From Bilabrum cf. latius (taxonomy: Eukaryota), in assembly GCA_965178125.1 (NCBI GenBank), contig OZ237749.1:310001-374000 (forward strand): a stretch of DNA of 64,000 bases, in the 5' to 3' direction. The translations under genes and the position numbers were made by a program. The notes beneath the pieces are model-generated. The model ran no database searches, had not been told where the DNA came from, and saw only the letters and a program-made list of their open reading frames with translations. Each line of letters opens with the position of its first letter. Positions within the stretch are counted from its first letter, which is position 1. Shown in pieces: positions 36,754 through 48,546 of this stretch.

Positions 36754-37821
36754 ATGAAGCTGTCTGCCGTGATTTGTGCAACAGCATCGTTGTTCAGCGT
36801 GTCTTGCTTAGCAGAGTCCCAAAAGTAGGCTGCTAGTACTCTCAATTCCGCTGATACGAGCACACGATCACCATCGCATGCTAGCGTCCACAAGGTCGAC
36901 CCTGCATTGATTCAAGCAAGGGCAGAATCAGAGGTATCTAGTAGTTCAGATGCTGAAATGCATGCTCGCGCCCGAGCGAGGGCGGCAGCCCGTGTGCGAT
37001 GGGGGTTCAGCGGCAACTTTCAGCCTCAAGTGAGTTTTAAGTGGGTACATTGGCTTGTCCACCGCAGCTTGTATCACCGTACTAGATGATTGATACTGCA
37101 GTATCTCTGCACTCGCAGCATTATGGCGCGTGGTTAATGGACAAAGATACATGGGTGTTTGGAAATGACAAGCGGATCGAATGTGAAGGTAAGCCAGCTG
37201 TTTGGCGTGCCCTGCCCACGGTCGAGACTACGTGCACTCGTGTGCATTGTCTATCTGTGACTATCGCATTATTGTCGCCGGTCACTTGCCGATCTCGCAG
37301 TGTGCTCGTACGTTTTGTACATGTTGATAGACAGGCTCGGTGACCAGTTCTCGAAGACAACCATCGAGACTGAGGCAAAATAGATGTGCCCTCGCGTGCA
37401 GTGGGTGATGCGAAGCGGTTGCGAGTTTATCGTGGAAAAGAACCTCAAGATCATTCAGGACCTCGTCATGAGGCTGACGGAGCCCATCGACATGTGCAAG
37501 CACATCAACCTGTGCCCCCTGGAGCCTCACGATTTCATGGCACAGGGCGTCGCAGGGCCCTACGGATCCCCTGCCCATGCCCAGTACCAGTTCCACATGG
37601 CCAACAACCTGGCGGCATCCCCCCTGACCTCGCACATGAACGGCATGTACCCGCACATGTACCCGGGGATGTATGGCTCCAATGCTGCGGGGCCCATGGG
37701 CCCATTGGGCGTCCATTCGTTCTACGGGTACGACCAGAGCGGGAACCCAGTGGGGACCGGGAGTGGCGGGGCCGGGGCCAAGAAGGAGGGGGGCGAGTCT
37801 GAGGGCCAATCGGCCGAGTGA
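36754..37821 (+). CDS. Secreted saposin-B domain protein; introns 37030-37118 and 37189-37300
   Basis: Signal peptide. Spliced product gives ECEVC...MCP...GCE...MCKHINLCP six-Cys pattern; two TAGs; TGA stop. Confidence 0.75.
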
Positions 37822-38236
37822 CAGGCAATTTTTATGTGCGCCGAAACGGAAATAATTCCCATGTAGTATCAAACAGCGCTTTCTGAAGAAATTTCGATGC
37901 CTCCTTCCCAGCGTGCAACTAGGATTGAATAAAGCCAATGCGGCCCAAGTCAGCCCGCCTCACTTGACGCCGCGCATTTTTTGGTTCCGCAATGCACCGC
38001 GCGGATCCACCCGCCGGTCGAGATTTTGTCCGAGCATATCCGGTCCACAGGTCTGCGTGAGCGTTTCGAAAAGTTCTCGCTGCCATTACCAACCCCTTTT
38101 TGTATTTTCACAAGGGGTAGCCATAGGCTGCGGAGCTTCCTCAGCAAACGGGGACGACAGGGCGGCCGACGTCGACGCTCAACCGTACTCATCAGGTACG
38201 AACCAATCCACACCCACTAATCCATACTACGACGCC

Positions 38237-40244
38237 ATGGCATCAGTAGGTGGTGTGTCTGTGCCTAAGGTAGCAACGATGAATTTCTCGGAGCTGCATG
38301 GGCACGTCGTGTAGACATCTGACTTTTATGAGCGATTCGAGTGTAACCTTCGATCTCGTCCCCTTGCTTCGTGAGTACCTGTTCAATCGCGTAGATTTAT
38401 TATTTATAGTCGAAATATCAGCTGTAATTGCTGCTTTGCCCTCTGCATTGTAGAAGAACCTATCCCTTGCGCAACTTGAGTCCGTTCTTCGCAGTGGAGG
38501 CTACGCCGATGTCTTCATTGGCAAAGACAAAAAGACGGGAGAGCCAGTGGCAATTAAGAGGCTCAAGAGGTTTAACTCATCGTACCCGGGAATCTCGGAG
38601 CAGGCCGTCATGAAGGAGGTGGCAATCATCGATTTCCTGGGCAAGAAGAGCACTGCAAAGTACCTGCTGAATCTTGTGGGTGCATGGGAGTTGGTCACAC
38701 CTTCTGGGCGGAAAACCATTGCTATCGTAACCAACCTTGCGGCGGGTGGCGATCTCTTCGAGAGCATCGCGGCGATGGGACACGGGTACAACGAGAAGAG
38801 CGCTGCTCGTCTGTTCAAGGAGGCATGCCAGGGCGTCAAGGCGGTCCACGATTGCGGCCTGCTGCACCGTGATCTCAAGCCCGAAAACCTCCTGCTATCC
38901 AGCAAGAAAGAAGACGCGCACGTGATCGTGGCCGATTTCGGCCTGGCCGAGTTCTCGGGCATGCCGATGCGAAGAGTGGTCGGCACGCTGTCGTATTAGT
39001 CCCCCGAGATCGTGCACGCCCCGCCGCGCTTCGCCCCTGCAGTGGACGTGTGGGCTCTGGGAGTCATCCTGTACATCATGCTGAGCGGTTCTCCTCCTTT
39101 CTGGGCAGACCACACCCAGCCCAAGGCGGTCTACGAGGCGGCGCTGAAGGCCAACATCCAGCGCGGCAAGTTCAAGTTCTACGAACAGCTCTTCAAGGGG
39201 GTCAGCGAGGAGGTCAAGGATCTCATCACCAAGATGCTCGCCACGGTCCCGGCCAAGCGCATCACGATGGAGGAGGTCCTCACCCACCCCTGGATCGCCA
39301 AGCACACGGAAGCGTCCGACGCCCCCCTGGCAGAGGCCAGCAAGGGAATCCAGAGGATCAACGCCCGGCGCAAGTTCAAGGCGGCTGCCTTCGCCTGCCT
39401 CATCGGTGCGCACTCCAACCGCGTGAAGGAACTCGCCTCTTTGGTCCGTGCCACCGGGAAGGCTTTCACCCAGGAGGAGGTCAAGGCGATCCGGGACAGG
39501 CTCATGGCACAGGGCACGGGCGGGCGCGTGGACAAGACTCAGTTCGCTGCAGTCCTGGCGGAATGCGGCTCCGAGTTCACGGGGGCTCGGTCCGAGGCCA
39601 TCTTTGCCCTGTTCGACGAGGACGGGGACGGGGTGGTGGATTCGAGGGAATTCGTGGTGGGCCTGGCCATGCTTCGGGAGCGAGGCGAAGCAGCCATCAG
39701 GGTGTGCTTCGAGCTTCTGGACGCGGATGACAGCGGATCATTGGACAAGGACGAGCTGGGGGTGCTGATCCGGGCGGCTCACGAGGCGGCTGGGGAACAC
39801 GACGCGTCGCATCACCTCATGGCAGGCGTGCGCGTGCATGCCGACGCTCCCGGTGATGCGGCTGGCGGGGCTGCGTCTGCTGGCAGCGGCGGCAAGCCCG
39901 GTGCGCTCTCTCTCGAGCCCAGCACTCCTTCTGCGACCACTGGTGCTGCTGCCATGAAGGGCTCGGACGAAGCACCCGGCCTGTCGGAAGCAGACAAGCT
40001 GGATGTGGCCCGCTTGAGCACGTACGAGCACCTGGCCATCAGCTTCGAAACGATGGATGTGGATCACGATGGTCGCATCTCCTTTGAGGAATTCAAGGAC
40101 GGCATCAAGAGGGAGCCGCTGCTCCTGGACCTCTTCCTCAACAAGAAGCTCGATGGGCTGGCGACCCCCAAGGCGTCCGCAGCGGCTGGCTCCGTGCCTA
40201 TGACCGATGAGCCCGCGTCCAGTGGCGCTGGTGCCAGCTCGTGA
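38237..40244 (+). CDS. Calcium-dependent protein kinase (CAMK-type kinase plus EF-hands); intron 38371-38494
   Basis: VAIK, HRDLKPEN, DFG, GTLSY[TAG]SPE, DVWALG, three DxDxDG-type EF-hand loops; TGA stop. Confidence 0.93.
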
Positions 40245-42044
40245 GGGGGGGCTATAATTGATAGTAACCATGCTGGTGTGTTTTCAACTGTTGGCTCCTG
40301 CTTTGTTGGCAATCGGCCAATTCAGTTCGAGTTTTGAGTTGTGTCCGTGCACCGCAATGATCAAAAATTACCCAATCTCCGCCCCGCTCCTGAACACAGA
40401 GAGGGTATGCGCGTCATCGCAAGCAATCCGTTTGGCTTCATCAAGTTGGTCGCACCTTCCCGGTTGCAGCCGCCATCAGAACCCAACGAGACGTTCACGC
40501 GCTCCCACTCTGGCATCAACACCGAACCCCATACGGCGTTAGGATCAGCATGCACTATCATAAAGAAATACTTTTGGCGCCGACTAGTTCCGATTCCGGT
40601 TAGGGCCGCTGCGCGCGCCCGCCGGTTTGGTGTCACGGTGGGGCGTGGTGGCGGAAGCTCAGCTCCCTGACGGCGTTGGCAGCATCAGTATCGATGTGCC
40701 CATCGTCACATTCGCTCCCACGCACATGAAACAATGGGACAACTCGATGCCACTGCACTGCAGTGGCTGGGTACATGAGTCCTCCGATCCGCAGCGACTT
40801 CTCTGTTCGGAGTTTCGGTTGTTCCTGCTGGACGGTCCAGTTGGGTGTGGCTTTGTGCATTGTATCTCACCAAATCAGATTTGTCATCATCATGATCACC
40901 CGAGCCCTCCCTCCGCCCTGCCGCTGCTGAGTCCGACCGCGGGAGCGATCCAGGCTTCAGGGAGACGACGACGCACCGGCACAAGTAACTGTATCGAGCT
41001 ATTCATGATAAATTACATCGCCGCCGCCGACCGCCGACCGCCGGGAGGCGTTCTGTACCTCGTGAGCTCATATCGCGCTGACATCTGCGAACTAGCGCCT
41101 CCAGCTCCCCATCAGCAGCACCGCGTAGCACCACGGCGGCAGCCAGTTGCAGCCAACGGCTCAGATGCATATCCTAACTCTGCGTGACCTCCATCGTGGC
41201 GGGCACGCCCATAGCGCCTGACGCTCTCCTGCTTGCGACCATCGGCATCGCTGGCGCCTGGCTGCGACTCCCAGCACGCGACGTCAGCTCTCCACTCCCG
41301 CTACCCGGCCCGCCACCCACTACCATCTCCAGACCCATAGGTGGCGGGCTTAGGTCCTTTCCCTCTTGTCAGATTTATCATCATCATCATCACCCGATGC
41401 CCGGCAATGGCCGAGGCCTCAGCGTATTACCCTCACTTGGGCCACGAACCCTAGCCTCCCATGCGACCAAGCCGGTCCTGCTCGCCAGCACCTCTACCAC
41501 GACCAGGAGAGCCATCATGCTGATTTGGCATCACTGGGAGTTGTAGTCGAAGGGTCCAACACGAGAGCGCCATGGTGACCGCCACGCAGAAGGCAGCTTC
41601 AACACGCAGCGTGGGATTTGGACGTAGCTAGAACGCCGGCTGTACCCGCAGCTGCAGTAGGAACTGTGGGTGCCAAGTTGGTGTGGGCGAATGATCCGAA
41701 TGCAATCGAACGTTCAGACACGACGCACGTCAGCATGCTGCTAGCAGCGCCGCTCCTCCATTGAGGCGTGATCCAGCTGCATGCTCTGCGGCGTGAGCCT
41801 GTTGATCCGTTCGACCTATCCAGCGCGATTATCCCCCGGGGCGGTCAATGTAGTTGGGTAGTGTGTGTTTTGCTCAAAAACTCTCACCAGATTTCGAAGG
41901 TGCCACTGGATGATGATGACGATTGAGTGCCACAGTGTGACGATACGACGTCCATCACTGGACCATCAGTCACACCACCACACCAAAAACGTTCCGCTCC
42001 ATATGGATTGGGACTCCGCTAAGGACTCAACGAATCTCAGGCTT

Positions 42045-45000
42045 ATGAGAATGAGCAAAGCTGTGGTCAGCATTCGCATGAGGATCGCGATTCTGTTCGT
42101 TGCCCTGCTAATAGTTCTAGCATGTGGAGCCAATGCAAGAAGGTGAGACAGGGAATCCATTGTATCGACAGGTGAAGCACACTGTGACCTATGTGTGCAT
42201 TGAAAAGGCAATTTGGATATCCCACCGTCGCCACTTCGTGGGAGGACGAGCTGCAAACCACGGATCACTGTGGCACGCACAAGAGTGACTTCAAGTTGGG
42301 TGAAGATTTCTTATCAGTGGGAATAATCATGTGGATCGCATCGACCCACAGGTGGAATACCAGAGATCCGTTCACGATAACATTTCATTCGCATAGTCTA
42401 GCGTGCTGGTAACCGGACCGTCTTGATTTGAGACTTTTAGCGGCCCGGCCGAGCGTGCTGCACAAACGCCACAACGCTCGAAACACTCATGCCTTTGCAT
42501 CCCTTGCAGGTGCAATGCCGGTCAGGTGTACCATAAAATTGAAAGCCGTGGAGAGGAGTACTGTTTTTCTTGCAAGACCGGCCACTACCAATCGCGCAAC
42601 AATCACCAGCAGACGTTCTGTCCCGGTTGCGGTAAGGGATATTATTGCCCGAACGGAGGATCAACGAAGCAAACGCCTTGTCCGGCAGGCAGATTTACAC
42701 CGTCAAGTTCGAATTGGGTGTCCAAATGCACTGTGAGTAGACTAGATTGATACTTCCGAAGCTTAGATGAGTTTTTTGGTTGACGATTAGTGGAGATGGT
42801 CCGCAAAGGCCGCTGCGTATTGTTGGCTGACAACTGATGTGACAAGCTGCGTGTCCTCTCCGTGGTAGCGCCCTAAAACCAAGTGCTCCTACTGTCTCGT
42901 TATGCGGCCGGAAGCTGCGTGCAGCTCCGGTTGCACGAGGGAGAGCCTCCCTTCGAAACCTTTGCTTACCCCAACCAACCATCTCCTCGTCGCTCCATTC
43001 TCCCCCTGCATGTCCGATCCGCCCTCCATTGCCCTGAAGCTGCTGCCGACTGATGACCCACATGTCTCGTACTATCCGCATTTCTGGGCCCCGATGCTCC
43101 TAGAGAACATACTGGTCACGTACCTGGTCAACTGTGCGTCCGCAACTCGAGCCCTGGTATTCCCTCTTTACTTGCATGACATGGCATCGCAGGAGTGCTA
43201 CCCAGGACGCTACGCGAAGGGTACGGCCACGACCGGATCGTGTGCGCTATGCTCGGCAGGGCAGTACTAGGATAGGAGCGGGAGTACCCGATGCAAGGCA
43301 TGTCCGGCCGGCCACACCTCCACATCAGGTGCAAAGTCCTGCATCGCGCCTACTCCAAGCGCAACTTCTACCCCTACCTCGTCACCGAGCCTATCATCTA
43401 CACCTACCGCGTCACCGAGCCTATCTGCTACACCTACTGCATCACCAAGCACCGGTTACGTACCGAGCCCCAGTGCCTCACCGTCCAACCTCCCGCTCGT
43501 CAGGGCTTTCACTGAGATATCGGGCACGAAGGGCGGCTTTACCGGGCATCTTGACCTGGGTGACGATTTTGGCAGGGCTGTTGCCTCGCTGGGCGATCTG
43601 GACGGTGATGGGGTGATCGACCTGGCTGTGGGGGCGCGGTATGACGATGATGGGGGTACAGACCGCGGTTGCGTGTGGATCTTGTTCATGGATACCGACG
43701 GCACGGTGAAGTCGCACCAGAAGATATCGGACACGCAGGGCGGCTTCACTGGGACACTGGGCAATGATGATCACTTTGGCATCTCTGTAGCATCGCTGGG
43801 CGATCTAGACGGTGATGGGGTGATCGACCTGGCTGTGGGGGCACTACGAGACGATGATGGGGGTACAAACCGCGGTTGCGTGTGGATCTTGTTCATGGAT
43901 ACCGACGGCACGGTGAAGTCGCACCAGAAGATATCGGACACGCAGGGCAGCTTCACTGGGACACTGGAGAATGGAGACTACTTCGGGAGAGCCTTTGCCC
44001 TGCTGGGCGATCTCGATGGGGACGATGTTGTGGACCTTGCTGTGGGGGCGCCAGGAAACGATGGCGCAGGTAGCTAGTGGAATTCAGGAGCGTTGTGGGT
44101 AGTCTTTCTGAAAGTTGACGGCACGGTGAAGTCGCACCAGAAGATATCGGACACGAAGGGCGGCTTCACTGGGACACTGGAACTTCGCGATGAGTTCGGC
44201 GGCTCCGTAGCATCACTGGGCGATCTGGACAGTGATGGGGTGATCGACCTGGCTGTGGGGGCCTATACAGACGATGATGGGGGTACAGACCGCGGTTGCG
44301 TGTGGATCTTGTTCATGGATACCGACGGCACGGTGAAGTCGCACCAGAAGATATCGGACACGCAGGGCGGCTTTACCGGGACACTGGGCAATAGTGATCG
44401 GTTCGGCACCTCCGTAGCATCATTAGGTGACCTTGATGGTGAGGATGGGACGATCGACCTGGCTGTGATGGCGCTTGGTGATGCAGGTACAGGCCGCGGT
44501 TGCGTGTGGATCTTGTTCATGGATACTGACGGCACGGTGAAGTCGCACCAGAAGATATCGGACACGCAGGGCGGCTTCACCAGGACTTTCGGCGATGGCG
44601 ATCACTTTGGCGCCGACTTTGCACTCATTCATGCTCCCAATGAAGAAGCAGGTGCTAAACTAGGCATCGGGGCGCCAAATTCCATTGGAGGGGGCACCAA
44701 TGATGCACTATGGGTTCTGTCTTTGCAAGATCAGCGAGCTTCCCCTTCGCCCAGCTACTCATCCACGGCCAGCCCGACTAGCAGTACCACCTCCACGCCC
44801 ACAGTGTCCCCGGTGAGCGTGGGCATGATTCCTGTCGCTTGCATGCAGAGGTCGTGCGATGTTGTGGTTCCGCATCCCTTCCCAACTGTCATCCATGCCA
44901 CCTTGTCTCCCCCGCAGACGCCGTACACCACGAGCACATCCACGGCCAGCCCGACCAGCAGTACCACCTCCACGCCCACAGTGTCCCCGGTGAGCGTGGG

Positions 45001-47431
45001 CATGATTCCTGTCGCTTGCATGCAGAGGTCGTGCGATGTTGTGGTTCCGCATCCCTTCCCAACTGTCATCCATGCCACCTTGTCTCCCTTGCAGACGCCG
45101 TACACCACGAGCACATCCACGGCCAGCCCGACCAGCAGTACCACCTCCACGCCCACAGTGTCCCCGGTGAGCGTGGGCATGATTCCTGTCGCTTGCATGC
45201 AGAGGTCGTGCGATGTTGTGGTTCCGCATCCCTTCCCAACTGTCATCCATGCCACCTTGTCTCCCCCGCAGACGCCGTACACCACGAGCACATCCACGGC
45301 CAGCCCGACTAGCAGTACCACCTCCACGCCCACAGTGTCCCCGGTGAGCGTGGGCATGATTCCTGTCGCTTGCATGCAGAGGTCGTGCGATGTTGTGGTT
45401 CCGCATCCCTTCCCAACTGTCATCCATGCCACCTTGTCTCCCCCGCAGACGCCGTACACCACGAGCACATCCACGGCCAGCCCGACCAGCAGTACCACCT
45501 CCACGCCCACAGTGTCCCCGGTGAGCGTGGGCATGATTCCTGTCGCTTGCATGCAGAGGTCGTGCGATGTTGTGGTTCCGCATCCCTTCCCAACTGTCAT
45601 CCATGCCACCTTGTCTCCCCCGCAGACGCCGTACACCACGAGCACATCCACGGCCAGCCCGACTAGCAGTACCACCTCCACGCCCACAGTATCGCCCCTG
45701 TTATCAGGCGCCGCTGTCACTTCTCCTACCATTGACCCATGTCATGGGATAAATTGTGTCCATGGGCGCTGCTACAGGTAGCCCGAGTTCGAGCCTGTGT
45801 ATTTATGCCTGTGTGATGACGGGTGGATGAGGAATGGCTCTGGCGTATGTACAAAGAAAGTCGAGAGTAATCCTTGCGAAGGAGTTAGCTGTGGGTTCGG
45901 ACGGTGCATCGAAAACTCTAAAGCATCCGTAGGGTACTACTGCAAGTGTGACGCGGGGTGGAAGAGTCTGCTTGCCTCTACTCCCTGCGACATCCAGCGA
46001 GGGCCTTGCGATCCGTCACCATGCAGGAATGGTGGCGAATGCCTCACTCAAGGAGGGGATGACCGCAGTGCAGTGACATGCGATTGCATTAAAGGATTCT
46101 CTGGGAACAGATGCTAGGTTGTTGAAGACACGAGTCCGTGCCAAGAGGATCCATGCGGGAGCGGCGTGTGCCTATATGACAAGCAGAGTCAGCGCGACTA
46201 CACTTGCATATGCGACCCAGGGTATATGTTCAACGGTTCCGGTCCGTGCTAGCTAGTAGCTGGTGCAAGCGAAAGCACTCATTCTGATGAACCATCCTGC
46301 AGCGATGGGTGGCAGAGCAGCTTCGAGTCAGATGTAGACTGTGGGTGGGTGGACCTTGGATAGCCCTAGCCATGCCCTAAGTGCAATGCCGGACAGCGAT
46401 GCTTCTCCAGTTCAAACTGCGCGCCTGATCTCGTGTGTCGCAACAGGACAGGGACATGTGGACCACAAGTGAGGCCAGCTGGACTGTGGGTGGAGAGCCA
46501 GCAACTACGGCTGGTCGGTATCTCTGTGGGTCAGTTCGTTGAGGCTTTGGTTGATCTCTTCATGGCCGCTCTTCAAGCCAAACTCGGATGCATCACGGTG
46601 ATCATCGACCGAATCGCACCTTTGCAGGCTTTGGGGGCACGAAGTCTACGCGATTCGCATGCAGTTGTGGCCCCGTTGTCGAAGGCTACCTTGCACAGCG
46701 CGTCTGCTGCAGCTCGGTCCACGCAAGCCTAGGAGGCAGAACCGTTCGCGACTCATGGGATTGAAGTGGACTTGAGCCTGTAGTTTTCTCAATCCGAGGA
46801 CATTCTAGCGATGGAAACCGCAGTGAATGGGTACATCTCAAGCAAGCCCGTCGATGGCGGCAATGGGCTTCTGGAGGATATGGTGGCTGCGGTGCCATCC
46901 CTAAGCTCGAGGCTGTACATCGAAGCAGAGAGGGTAACAATGTCGTCGATAGTGCTAGCAGAGGATAGAGTAGAATCTGTGTTGAACATGCCTGCGCCGT
47001 TGGTCTCAGATGGTGGAGCAGGTGGCGCGAACGGCACTGATACACCGGATAGCGATATAGCTATTGATCGCAGTAAGGCCTGGATACTGTTTTGGGTGTT
47101 CATTAGTCTTGCTGTGCTCGGTACTGCGACCCTAGCGTACATCTATGTATGCAAGTCGAAGAGGTCGCGTGAGGTGTCTCAAGCGCCCCATTAGCGCTAG
47201 ACCATGACCATGGCGAACACAAACCCCATGCGGCGAACACCTGAAGCCCCACACACGTCAGAGAGACCCAAGGCCTTGAGCCATGTACATCCAGATCTCA
47301 ATCTTGACCCACAACAGCTTCGCACGTTTGCAGCTGCCGTGCGAATTGGCTGTGGTCCATCCGCAATGCTCAGCAAGGGGGCGTCAGACCGAAGGATGGC
47401 AAGAGGGACTACGAAGTCCCGGCGGAAGTGA
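42045..47431 (+). CDS. Type I surface protein: signal peptide, Cys-rich repeats, FG-GAP (integrin-alpha-like) repeats, Ser/Thr stalk, EGF domains, TM helix
   Basis: Introns near 42143-42509 and 42733-43192. From 43193 one frame broken only by TAG: LGDLDGDGVIDLAVGA repeats, EGF Cys patterns, AWILFWVFISLAVLGTATLAYIYV; TGA stop. Confidence 0.82.
44760..45690 (+). repeat. Tandem 177-bp repeat (>5 copies), each a 72-bp exon plus a 105-bp GT-AG intron
   Basis: GTGAGC donors at 44813, 44990, 45167, 45344, 45521; pyrimidine-rich GCAG acceptors at 44917, 45094, 45271, 45448, 45625. Confidence 0.88.
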
Positions 47432-48546
47432 GTGTCGACTAGCAGCAGGATTGGCGGGGGGAGGGTTGATCCGACGAGTGAGAGAAGGGAGAGGACCGAG
47501 AGAGTAGGAGATAGGAGGCAGGTGTCGCTGGAGGGTCATAGTCGGGATCCTCAGCTATGCATGGTCATGCTGCCGTTACAGAGGTATGCCATTCTGCCAA
47601 ACGAGGCTCCTTTAGATAGTGATGCATTCGTCGAGCACGCGCCCCCGGTCCCGTGGACCCGCTGGGCTTCACCCCGAACGACTGGTTCTTCACCGGTCCA
47701 CATGAATGCGGTATTCATCTGACACTACGAATGTAAACGCCACTTTCCCAATGCACACGACTGGCCTCGTCGCTGCATGGCTTCCTGTTCCTGTTCCCCG
47801 CCATAGGGACCGTGTGATTTTTACACCCTGCATTGCCACTTTGGCCCTATCCTCTCAGCTTGCACGCGCCGGTGCCAGGGTCCATTGGTGCTGGTGGTAG
47901 CTCGTGAGAGAATGCAGGATATTCTGGATCGTCATTGGATCCAAACTCTCTCGACTTCCAGCCTCCAGACGCGTCCACCAGCTCAGAGTGATCGAAGCCG
48001 TCGCACTCCGACACGGCTGCACGATCCCTGGATTCTTCCACAAGTCCTGCAGCTCGACCACACTTGCCATGAGAAACCTAGCCGCTGGCAGGGTTAGTGC
48101 CATGGATTGCGCTGATAGTTCTTTGCCGCTGTGGCTTGGGTTACTTGCATCTAGTCACATCAGCCTAAGGGCGTGGTCGTGGCGTTCGCTATGCTGCTTC
48201 GTCGAAGCCTAATAGCTTTGCAGAGCGTTGGAATTGGGGCTGTTCATTTTTGGATTGGAGAGTGTTTGGAATGAATTCCGTGCAGACAAAAAGCAAACAA
48301 GCGTTTTTTGCAAAGACGACAAGACTAACTTGGAGTCACGAGCCGTGCTGTTGAAAAGTTCCTGCCATTGATCATCGTGCAGCAAGAATCTCTTCACCCC
48401 GGCAGCAGGGCATGATTACAACTGCAGAGATCTCTATAGCCTAAGCATGCGGCAGTCCAATTGACGTCCAGTTGCACAGGTCGTCTGCGCACCAAACCGA
48501 CCGACACCGCAGGATATCGCATGGATCCGATCCGAATGTAAAGCCA

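Noticed and set aside
38997-38999. TAG = Leu, suggested by kinase GTLSY*SPE where a hydrophobic residue is usual
   Set aside because: It is a single site, Gln occurs there in some kinases, and the protease, integrase, CIA30, COQ7 and GQYQD sites all point to Gln.
40245-42040. Gene or mobile element between the CDPK and the surface protein
   Set aside because: I could not find a consistent frame, motif or terminal repeat by eye, so it is left uncalled.
47432-48546. Additional minus-strand gene
   Set aside because: The frames I followed close at TGA within a few hundred bases and have no motif. A spliced gene or UTR remains possible.
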